Assembly: GCA_051530055.1 (NCBI GenBank)
Contig: JBMGUZ010000032.1
Span: 1 to 30,220, forward strand
Length of the DNA: 30,220 nt
Direction: 5' to 3'
Origin: Neoechinorhynchus agilis
Taxonomy: Eukaryota > Animalia > Acanthocephala
Both the position numbers and the translations under genes were made by a program. Below the pieces are notes generated by a model, which was not told the origin of the DNA, searched no databases, and saw only the letters and a list, made by a program, of their open reading frames with translations. Positions within the stretch are counted from its first letter, which is position 1, and every line of letters begins with the position of its first letter. Of this stretch, positions 1 through 12,065 are shown one piece after another.

Positions 1-3000
1 AATCAATGCGGCGATTTATTGTCGCAGATAGATACGAGCGGTGTCACTTTATTGTTTTTCGCGGACTACAACACAATTTTCTATCATTGCCGTAAAGTGC
101 ATTTAATATTCTTATTGTTCGTGTGCAACTTCATTGTTTACGTCATGTTCTGAATCAATGCGGCTATTTATTGTCGCAGATAGATACGAGCGGTGTCACT
201 TTATTGTTTTTCGCTAACTACAACACAATTTTCTTGCTTTGCCGTCGATTGCATTTAATATTCTTATTGTTCGTGTGCAACTTCATTGTTTACGTCATGT
301 TCTGAATCAATGCGGCTATTTATTGTCGCAGATAGATACGAGCGGTGTCACTTTATTGTTTTTCGCTAACTACAACACAATTTTCTTGCTTTGCCGTCGA
401 TTGCATTTAATATTCTTATTGTTCGTGTGCAACTTCATTGTTTACGTCATGTTCTGAATCAATGCGGCGATTTATTGTCGCAGATAGATACGAGCGGTGT
501 CACTTTATTGTTTTTCGCGGACTACAACACAATTTTCTTTCATTGCCGTCAAGTGCATTGAATATTCTTATTGTTCGTGTGCAACTTCATTGTTTACGTC
601 ATGTTCTGAATCAATGCGGCTATTTATTGTCGCAGATAGATACGAGCGGTGTCACTTTATTGTTTTTCGCTAACTACAACACAATTTTCTTGCTTTGCCG
701 TCGAGTGCATTTAATATTCTTATTGTTCGTGTGCAACTTCATTGTTTACGTCATGTTCTGAATCAATGCGGCGATTTATTGTCGCAGATAGATACGAGCG
801 GTGTCACTTTATTGTTTTTCGCGGACTACAATACAATTTTCTTGCTTTGCCGTCAATTGCATTTAATATTCTTATTGTTCGTGTGCAACTTCATTGTTTA
901 CGTCATGTTCTGAATCAATGCGGCTATTTATTGTCGCAGAAAGATACGAGCGGTGTCACTTTATTGTTTTTCGCTAACTACAACACAATTTTCTTGCTTT
1001 GCCGTCAAGTGCATTTAATATTCTTATTGTTCGTGTGCAACTTCATTGTTTACGTCATGTTCTGAATCAATGCGGCTATTTATTGTCGCAGATAGATACG
1101 AGCGGTGTCACTTTATTGTTTTTCGCTAACTACAACACAATTTTCTTGCTTTGCCGTCAAGTGCATTTAATATTCTTATTGTTCGTGTGCAACTTCATTG
1201 TTTACGTCATGTTCTGAATCAATGCGGCGATTTATTGTCGCAGATAGATACGAGCGGTGTCACTTTATTGTTTTTCGCGGACTACAACACAATTTTCTTG
1301 CTTTGCCGTCAAGTGCATTTAATATTCTTATTGTTCGTGTGCAACTTCATTGTTTACGTCATGTTCTGAATCAATGCGGCGATTTATTGTCGCAGATAGA
1401 TACGAGCGGTGTCACTTTATTGTTTTTCGCTAACTACAACACAATTTTCTTGCTTTGCCGTCAAGTGCATTTAATATTCTTATTGTTCGTGTGCAACTTC
1501 ATTGTTTACGTCATGTTCTGAATCAATGCGGCGATTTATTGTCGCAGATAGATACGAGCGGTGTCACTTTATTGTTTTTCGCTAACTACAACACAATTTT
1601 CTTTCATTGCCGTAAAGTGCATTGAATATTCTTATTGTTCGTGTGCAACTTCATTGTTTACGTCATGTTCTGAATCAATGCGGCTATTTATTGTCGCAGA
1701 TAGATACGAGCGGTGTCACTTTATTGTTTTTCTGTAACTACAACACAATTTTCTTGCTTTGCCGTCAAGTGCATTTAATATTCTTATTGTTCGTGTGCAA
1801 CTTCATTGTTTACGTCATGTTCTGAATCAATGCGGCTATTTATTCCCGCAGATAGATACGAGCGGTGTCACTTTATTGTTTTTCGCTAACTACAACACAA
1901 TTTTCTTGCTTTGCCGTCAAGTGCATTTAATATTCTTATTGTTCGTGTGCAACTTCATTGTTTACGTCATGTTCTGAATCAATGCGGCGATTTATTGTCG
2001 CAGATAGATACGAGCGGTGTCACTTTATTGTTTTTCGCTGACTACAACACAATTTTCTTGCTTTGCCGTCAAGTGCATTGAATATTCTTATTGTTCGTGT
2101 GCAACTTCATTGTTTACGTCATGTTCTGAATCAATGCGGCGATTTATTGTCGCAGAAAGATACGAGCGGTGTCACTTTATTGTTTTTCTGTAACTACAAC
2201 ACAATTTTCTTTCATTGCCGTCAAGTGCATTGAATATTCTTATTGTTCGTGTGCAACTTCATTGTTTACGTCACGTTCTGAATCAATGCGGCGATTTATT
2301 GTCGCAGATAGATACGGGCGGTGTCACTTTATTGTTTTTCGCGGACTACAACACAATTTTCTTGCTTTGCCGTCAAGTGCATTGAATATTCTTATTGTTC
2401 GTGTGCAACTTCATTGTTTACGTCATGTTCTGAATCAATGCGGCGATTTATTGTCGCAGATAGATACGAGCGGTGTCACTTTATTGTTTTTCGCTAACTA
2501 CAACACAATTTTCTTGCTTTGCCGTCAAGTGCATTGAATATTCTTATTGTTCGTGTGCAACTTCATTGTTTACGTCATGTTCTGAATCAATGCGGCGATT
2601 TATTGTCGCAGAAAGATACGAGCGGTGTCACTTTATTGTTTTTCTGTAACTACAACACAATTTTCTTGCTTTGCCGTCAAGTGCATTTAATATTCTTATT
2701 GTTCGTGTGCAACTTCATTGTTTACGTCATGTTCTGAATCAATGCGGCTATTTATTGTCGCAGATAGATACGAGCGGTGTCACTTTATTGTTTTTCTGTA
2801 ACTACAACACAATTTTCTTGCTTTGCCGTCAAGTGCATTTAATATTCTTATTGTTCGTGTGCAACTTCATTGTTTACGTCATGTTCTGAATCAATGCGGC
2901 TATTTATTGTCGCAGATAGATACGAGCGGTGTCACTTTATTGTTTTTCTGTAACTACAACACAATTTTCTTGCTTTGCCGTCAATTGCATTTAATATTCT

Positions 3001-6000
3001 TATTGTTCGTGTGCAACTTCATTGTTTACGTCATGTTCTGAATCAATGCGGCTTGTTATTGTCGCAGAAAGATACGAGCGGTGTCACTTTATTGTTTTTC
3101 TGTAACTACAACACAATTTTCTATCATTGCCGTAAAGTGCATTGAATATTCTTATTGTTCGTGTGCAACTTCATTGTTTACGTCATGTTCTGAATCAATG
3201 CGGCTATTTATTGTCGCAGATAGATACGAGCGGTGTCACTTTATTGTTTTTCGCTAACTACAACACAATTTTCTTGCTTTGCCGTCGATTGCATTTAATA
3301 TTCTTATTGTTCGTGTGCAACTTCATTGTTTACGTCATGTTCTGAATCAATGCGGCTATTTATTGTCGCAGATAGATACGAGCGGTGTCACTTTATTGTT
3401 TTTCGCTAACTACAACACAATTTTCTTGCTTTGCCGTCAAGTGCATTGAATATTCTTATTGTTCGTGTGCAACTTCATTGTTTACGTCATGTTCTGAATC
3501 AATGCGGCGATTTATTGTCGCAGATAGATACGAGCGGTGTCACTTTATTGTTTTTCGCTGACTACAACACAATTTTCTTGCTTTGCCGTCAAGTGCATTG
3601 AATATTCTTATTGTTCGTGTGCAACTTCATTGTTTACGTCATGTTCTGAATCAATGCGGCGATTTATTGTCGCAGATAGATACGAGCGGTGTCACTTTAT
3701 TGTTTTTCGCTAACTACAACACAATTTTCTTGCTTTGCCGTCAAGTGCATTTAATATTCTTATTGTTCGTGTGCAACTTCATTGTTTACGTCATGTTCTG
3801 AATCAATGCGGCGATTTATTGTCGCAGATAGATACGAGCGGTGTCACTTTATTGTTTTTCGCGGACTACAACACAATTTTCTTGCTTTGCCGTCAAGTGC
3901 ATTGAATATTCTTATTGTTCGTGTGCAACTTCATTGTTTACGTCATGTTCTGAATCAATGCGGCTATTTATTGTCGCAGATAGATACGAGCGGTGTCACT
4001 TTATTGTTTTTCGCTAACTACAACACAATTTTCTTGCTTTGCCGTCAAGTGCATTTAATATTCTTATTGTTCGTGCAACTTCATTGTTTACGTCATGTTC
4101 TGAATCAATGCGGCGATTTATTGTCGCAGATAGATACGAGCGGTGTCACTATTGTTTTTCTGTAACTACAACACAATTTTCTATCATTGCCGTAAAGTGC
4201 ATTGAATATTCTTATTGTTCGTTTGCAACTTCATTGTTTACGTCATGTTCTGAATCAATGCGGCTTGTTATTGTCGCAGAAAGATACGAGCGGTGTCACT
4301 TTATTGTTTTTCTGTAACTATAACACAATTTTATATCATTGCCGTAAAGTGCATTGAATATTCTTATTGTTCGTGCTCAACTTCATTGTTTACGTCACGT
4401 TCTGAATCAATGCGGCGATTTATTGTCGCAGATAGATACGAGCGGTGTCACTTTATTGTTTTTCGCGGACTACAATACAATTTTCTTGCTTTGCCGTCGA
4501 TTGCATTTAATATTCTTATTGTTCGTGTGCAACATCATTGTTTACGTCATGTTCTGAATCAATGCGGCGATTTATTGTCGCAGATAGATACGAGCGGTGT
4601 CACTTTATTGTTTTTCGCGGACTACAATACAATTCTCTTGCTTTGCCGTCAAGTGCATTGAATATTCTTATTGTTCGTGTGCAACTTCATTGTTTACGTC
4701 ATGTTCTGAATCAATGCGGCGATTTATTGTCGCAGAAAGATACGAGCGGTGTCACTTTATTGTTTTTCGCGGACTACAACACAATTTTCTTGCTTTGCCG
4801 TCGAGATCATTTAATATTCTTATTGTTCGTGTGCAACTTCATTGTTTGCGTCATGTTCTGAATCAATGCGGCGATTTATTGTCGCAGAAAGATACGAGCG
4901 GTGTCACTTTATTGGTTTTCTGTAACTACAACACAATTTTCTATCATTGCCGTAAAGTGCATTGAATATTCTTATTGTTCGTGTGCAACTTCATTGTTTA
5001 CGTCACGTTCTGAATCAATGCGGCGATTTATTGTCGCAGAATAGATACGGGCGGTGTCACTTTATTGTTTTTCGCGGACTACAATACAATTTTCTTGCTT
5101 TGCCGTCATGTGCATTGAATATTCTTATTGTTCGTGTGCAACTTCATTGTTTACGTCATGTTCTGAATCAATGCGGCGATTTATTGTCGCAGATAGATAC
5201 GAGCGGTGTCACTTTATTGTTTTTCGCTAACTACAACACAATTTTCTTGCTTTGCCGTCAAGTGCATTGAATATTCTTATTGTTCGTGTGCAACTTCATT
5301 GTTTACGTCATGTTCTGAATCAATGCGGCGATTTATTGTCGCAGAAAGATACGAGCGGTGTCACTTTATTGTTTTTCGCGGACTACAATACAATTTTCTT
5401 GCTTTGCCGTCAAGTGCATTTAATATTCTTATTGTTCGTGTGCAACTTCATTGTTTACGTCATGTTCTGAATCAATGCGGCTATTTATTGTCGCAGATAG
5501 ATACGAGCGGTGTCACTTTATTGTTTTTCGCTAACTACAACACAATTTTCTTGCTTTGCCGTCAAGTGCATTTAATATTCTTATTGTTCGTGTGCAACTT
5601 CATTGTTTACGTCATGTTCTGAATCAATGCGGCGATTTATTGTCGCAGAAAGATACGAGCGGTGTCACTTTATTGTTTTTCGCGGACTACAATACAATTT
5701 TCTTGCTTTGCCGTCAAGTGCATTTAATATTCTTATTGTTCGTGTGCAACTTCATTGTTTACGTCACGTTCTGAATCAATGCGGCGATTTATTGTCGCAG
5801 ATAGATACGAGCGGTGTCACTTTATTGTTTTTCGCGGACTACAATACAATTTTCTTGCTTTGCCGTAAAGTGCATTTAATATTCTTATTGTTCGTGCTCA
5901 ACTTCATTGTTTTCGTCATGTTCTGAATCAATGCGGCTATTTATTGTCGCAGATAGATGCGAGCGGTGTCACTTTGTTTTTATGTAACTACAACACAATT

Positions 6001-9000
6001 TTCTTGCTTTGCCGTCAATTGCATTTAAAATTCTTATTGTTCGTGTGCCACTTCATTGTTTACGTCATGTTCTGAATCAATGCGGCTTGTTATTGTCGCA
6101 GAAAGATACGAGCGGTGTCACTTTATTGTTTTTCTGTAACTACAACACAATTTTCTATCATTGCCGTAAAGTGCATTGAATATTCTTATTGTTCGTGTGC
6201 AACTTCATTGTTTACGTCATGTTCTGAATCAATGCGGCTATTTATTGTCGCAGATAGATACGAGCGGTGTCACTTTATTGTTTTTCGCTAACTACAACAC
6301 AATTTTCTTGCTTTGCCGTCGATTGCATTTAATATTCTTATTGTTCGTGTGCAACTTCATTGTTTACGTCATGTTCTGAATCAATGCGGCGATTTATTGT
6401 CGCAGATAGATACGAGCGGTGTCACTTTATTGTTTTTCGCTAACTACAACACAATTTTCTTGCTTTGCCGTCAAGTGCATTGAATATTCTTATTGTTCTT
6501 GTGCAACTTCATTGTTTACGTCATGTTCTGAATCAATGCGGCGATTTATTGTCGCAGAAAGATACGAGCGGTTTCACTTTATTGTTTTTCGCGGACTACA
6601 ATACAATTTTCTTGCTTTGCCGTCAAATGCATTGAATATTCTTATTGTTCGTGTGCAACTTCATTGTTTACGTCATGTTCTGAATCAATGCGGCTATTTA
6701 TTGTCGCAGATAGATACGAGCGGTGTCACTTTATTGTTTTTCGCTAACTACAACACAATTTTCTTGCTTTGCCGTCAAGTGCATTTAATATTCTTATTGT
6801 TCGTGTGCAACTTCATTGTTTACGTCATGTTCTGAATCAATGCGGCGATTTATTGTCGCAGATAGATGCGAGCGGTGTCACTTTTGTTTTTCTGTAACTA
6901 CAACACAATTTTCTTGCTTTGCCGTCAATTGCATTTAAAATTCTTATTGTTCGTGTGCCACTTCATTGTTTACGTCATGTTCTGAATCAATGCGGCTTGT
7001 TATTGTCGCAGAAAGATACGAGCGGTGTCACTTTATTGTTTTTCTGTAACTACAACACAATTTTCTATCATTGCCGTAAAGTTCATTGAATATTCTTATT
7101 GTTCGTGTGCAACTTCATTGTTTACGTCATGTTCTGAATCAATGCGGCTATTTATTGTCGCAGATAGATACGAGCGGTGTCACTTTATTGTTTTTCGCTA
7201 ACTACAACACAATTTTCTTGCTTTGCCGTCGATTGCATTTAATATTCTTATTGTTCGTGTGCAACTTCATTGTTTACGTCATGTTCTGAATCAATGCGGC
7301 TTGTTATTGTCGCAGAAAGATACGAGCGGTGTCACTTTATTGTTTTTCTGTAACTACAACACAATTTTCTATCATTGCCGTAAAGTGCATTGAATATTCT
7401 TATTGTTCGTGTGCAACTTCATTGTTTACGTCATGTTCTGAATCAATGCGGCTATTTATTGTCGCAGATAGATACGAGCGGTGTCACTTTATTGTTTTTC
7501 GCTAACTACAACACAATTTTCTTGCTTTGCCGTCGATTGCATTGAATATTCTTATTGTTCGTGCGCAACTTCATTGTTTACGTCATGTTCTGAATCAATG
7601 CGGCTATTTATTGTCGCAGATAGATACGAGCGGTGTCACTTTATTGTTTTTCGCTAACTACAACACAATTTTCTTGCTTTGCCGTCGATTGCATTTAATA
7701 TTCTTATTGTTCGTGTGCAACTTCATTGTTTACGTCATGTTCTGAATCAATGCGGCGATTTATTGTCGCAGATAGATACGAGCGGTGTCACTTTATTGTT
7801 TTTCGCGGACTACAATACAATTCTCTTGCTTTGCCGTCAAGTGCATTGAATATTCTTATTGTTCGTGTGCAACTTCATTGTTTACGTCATGTTCTGAATC
7901 AATGCGGCGATTTATTGTCGCAGATAGATACGAGCGGTGTCACTTTATTGTTTTTCGCGTACTGCAACACAATTTTCTTGCTTTGCCGTCAAGTGCATTT
8001 AATATTCTAATTGTTCGTGTGCAACTTCATTGTTTACGTCACGTTCTGAATCAATGCGGCGATTTATTGTCGCAGATAGATACGAGCGGTGTCACTTTAT
8101 TGTTTTTCGCGGACTACAATACAATTCTCTTGCTTTGCCGTCAAGTGCATTGAATATTCTTATTGTTCGTGTGCAACTTCATTGTTTACGTCACGTTCTG
8201 AATCAATGCGGCGATTTATTGTCGCAGAATAGATACGAGCGGTGTCACTTTATTGGTTTTCTGTAACTACAACACAATTTTCTATCATTGCCGTAAAGTG
8301 CATTGAATATTCTTATTGTTCGTGTGCAACTTCATTGTTTACGTCACGTTCTGAATCAATGCGGCGATTTATTGTCGCAGAATAGATACGGGCGGTGTCA
8401 CTTTATTGTTTTTCGCGGACTACAATACAATTTTCTTGCTTTGCCGTCATGTGCATTGAATATTCTTATTGTTCGTGTGCAACTTCATTGTTTACGTCAT
8501 GTTCTGAATCAATGCGGCGATTTATTGTCGCAGATAGATACGAGCGGTGTCACTTTATTGTTTTTCGCTAACTACAACACAATTTTCTTGCTTTGCCGTC
8601 AAGTGCATTGAATATTCTTATTGTTCGTGTGCAACTTCATTGTTTACGTCATGTTCTGAATCAATGCGGCGATTTATTGTCGCAGAAAGATACGAGCGGT
8701 GTCACTTTATTGTTTTTCGCGGACTACAACACAATTTTCTTGCTTTGCCGTCAAGTGCATTGAATATTCTTATTGTTCGTGTGCAACTTCATTGTTTACG
8801 TCATGTTCTGAATCAATGCGGCGATTTATTGTCGCAGATAGATACGAGCGGTGTCACTTTATTGTTTTTCGCTAACTACAACACAATTTTCTTGCTTTGC
8901 CGTCAAGTGCATTTAATATTCTTATTGTTCGTGTGCAACTTCATTGTTTACGTCATGTTCTGAATCAATGCGGCTATTTATTGTCGCAGATAGATACGAG

Positions 9001-11692
9001 CGGTGTCACTTTATTGTTTTTCGCTAACTACAACACAATTTTCTTGCTTTGCCGTCAAGTGCATTTAATATTCTTATTGTTCGTGTGCAACTTCATTGTT
9101 TACGTCATGTTCTGAATCAATGCGGCGATTTATTGTCGCAGATAGATACGAGCGGTGTCACTTTTGTTTTTCTGTAACTACAACACAATTTTCTATCATT
9201 GCCGTAAAGTGCATTGAATATTCTTATTGTTCGTGTAACTTCATTGTTTACGTCATGTTTAATCAATGCGGCTATTTATTGTCGCAGATAGATACGAGCG
9301 GTGTCACTTTATTGTTTTTCGCTAACTACAACACAATTTTCTTGCTTTGCCGTCAATTGCATTTAATATTCTTATTGTTCGTGTGCAACTTCATTGTTTA
9401 CGTCATGTTCTGAATCAATGCGGCGATTTATTGTCGCAGATAGATACGAGCGGTGTCACTTTATTGTTTTTCGCGGACTACAATACAATTTTCTTGCTTT
9501 GCCGTAAAGTGCATTTAATATTCTTATTGTTCGTGTGCAACTTCATTGTTTACGTCATGTTCTGAATCAATGCGGCTATTTATTGTCGCAGATAGATACG
9601 AGCGGTGTCACTTTATTGTTTTTCTGTAACTACAACACAATTTTCTATCATTGCCGTAAAGTGCATTGAATATTCTTATTGTTCGTGTGCAACTTCATTG
9701 TTTACGTCATGTTCTGAATCAATGCGGCTATTTATTGTCGCAGATAGATACGAGCGGTGTCACTTTATTGTTTTTCGCTAACTACAACACAATTTTCTTG
9801 CTTTGCCGTCAAGTGCATTTAATATTCTTATTGTTCGTGTGCAACTTCATTGTTTACGTCATGTTCTGAATCAATGCGGCGATTTATTGTCGCAGATAGA
9901 TACGAGCGGTGTCACTTTATTGTTTTTCGCGGACTACAATACAATTTTCTTGCTTTGCCGTAAAGTGCATTTAATATTCTTATTGTTCGTGTTCAACTTC
10001 ATTGTTTACGTCATGTTCTGAATCAATGCGGCTATTTATTGTCGCAGATAGATACGAGCGGTGTCACTTTATTGTTTTTCTGTAACTACAACACAATTTT
10101 CTATCATTGCCGTAAAGTGCATTTAATATTCTTATTGTTCGTGTGCAACTTCATTGTTTACGTCATGTTCTGAATCAATGCGGCGATTTATTGTCGCAGA
10201 TAGATACGAGCGGTGTCACTTTATTGTTTTTCGCTAACTACAACACAATTTTCTTGCTTTGCCGTCAAGTGCATTTAATATTCTTATTGTTCGTGTGCAA
10301 CTTCATTGTTTACGTCACGTTCTGAATCAATGCGGCGATTTATTGTCGCAGATAGATACGAGCGGTGTCACTTTATTGTTTTTCGCGGACTACAATACAA
10401 TTTTCTTGCTTTGCCGTAAAGTGCATTTAATATTCTTATTGTTCGTGTTCAACTTCATTGTTTACGTCATGTTCTGAATCAATGCGGCTATTTATTGTCG
10501 CAGATAGATACGAGCGGTGTCACTTTATTGTTTTTCTGTAACTACAACACAATTTTCTATCATTGCCGTAAAGTGCATTGAATATTCTTATTGTTCGTGT
10601 GCAACTTCATTGTTTACGTCATGATCTGAATCAATGAGGCTATTTGTTCGCGCAGATAGATACGAGCGGTGTCACTTTATTGTTTTTCGCTAACTACAAC
10701 ACAATTTTCTTGCTTTGCAGTCGAGTGCATTTAATATTCTTATTGTTCGTTTGCAACTTCATTGTTTACGCCATGTTCTGAATCAATGCGGCGATTTATT
10801 GTCGCAGAAAGATACGAGCGGTGTCACTTTATTGGTTTTCTGTAACTACAACACAATTTTCTTGCTTTGCCGTCAAGTGAATTTAATATTCTTATTGTTC
10901 GTGTGCAACTTCATTGTTTACGTCATGTTCTGAATCAATGCGGCGATTTATTGTCGCAGAAAGATACGAGCGGTGTCACTTTATTGTTTTTCTGTAACTA
11001 CAACACAATTTTCTTTCATTGCCGTAAAGTGCATTTAATATTCTTATTGTTCGTGTGCAACTTCATTGTTTACGTCATGTTCTGAATCAATGCGGCTATT
11101 TATTGCCGCAGAAAGATACGAGCGGTGTCACTTTATTGTTTTTCTGTAACTACAACACAATTTTCTTGCTTTGCCGTCAATTGCATTTAATATTCTTATT
11201 GTTCGTGTGCAACTTCATTGTTTACGTCATGTTCTGAATCAATGCGGCGATTTATTGTCGCAGATAGATACGAGCGGTGTCACTTTATTGTTTTTCGCTA
11301 ACTACAACACAATTTTCTTTCATTGCCGTCAAGTGCATTGAATATTCTTATTGTTCGTGTTCAACTTCATTGTTTACGTCATGTTCTGAATCAATGCGGC
11401 GATTTATTGTCGCAGATAGATACGAGCGGTGTCACTTTATTGTTTTTCTGTAACTACAACACAATTTTCTATCATTGCCGTAAAGTGCATTGAATATTCT
11501 TATTGTTCGTGTACAACTTCATTGTTTACGTCATGTTCTGAATCAATGCGGCTATTTATTGTCGCAGAAAGATACGAGCGGTGTCACTTTATTGTTTTTC
11601 TGTAACTAAAACACAATTTTCTTGCTTTGCCGTCAAGTGCATTGAATATTCTTATTGTTTGTGGTCAACTTCATTGTTTACGTCATGTTCTG
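1..11692. repeat. Tandem satellite, 152-bp unit, about 77 copies, continuing beyond the left edge of the window
   Basis: Unit aatcaatgcggcgatttattgtcgcagatagatacgagcggtgtcactttattgtttttcgcggactacaacacaattttcttgctttgccgtcaagtgcattgaatattcttattgttcgtgtgcaacttcattgtttacgtcatgttctg recurs every 152 bp. Differences are concentrated at a few diagnostic sites (gcga/gcta/gcttg; cgcgg/cgcta/ctgta; cttgct/ctatca). The last intact gttctg ends at 11692. Confidence 0.99.
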
Positions 11693-11830
11693 TGATGTGC
11701 CATAGTTTTGTTCATCGGCTTTAAATCTGCTCCTTTTCTTTTTTCTTCTGTGACTGGTGAACAAGTTGCTTATTGTGCCGACACTGAAATGAATGTCTGT
11801 ATTGTTGTAGCGGAAGGTTGATGTTCGCGA
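11693..11830 (-). pseudogene. Degenerate edge unit of the satellite / coding repeat
   Basis: 11747-11806 aligns to the coding repeat at about 41/61 nt (e.g. versus 14331-14391). The minus strand reads AQ*ATCSPVTE, versus DQQAACAPVTN/ITE in the protein. Confidence 0.65.
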
Positions 11831-12065
11831 CAAGTACGCATTTGAATTGTAATTTATCTACTCAATTTTTAGATCGTATCTTAAAGGGGGAAAATGCGTT
11901 TTAAAGATTCGAATGAAGTTTATACAAATAGAGATAAGAAACATCAAAAAGCTAAATATTTTAAACTTCAATTTGCAAAATTTATATTATGAATCTTTAG
12001 TCTTGCACAGTAGACATGCAACATTGTATTTGATTCGCCAGCGGAAAAATAACAATGATTTTTAT

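Noticed and set aside
123-11237. Dozens of 60-138-aa plus-strand ORFs (MPSSAFNILIVRVQLHC... and similar)
   Set aside because: These are read-throughs of the 152-bp repeat. The unit is not a multiple of 3, so the same peptides cycle through frames. They start mostly at TTG/GTG and lie antisense to the ancestral coding strand.
1-11692. CRISPR array interpretation of either tandem array
   Set aside because: There are no unique spacers, whole units repeat, no cas genes are present, and the context is eukaryotic.
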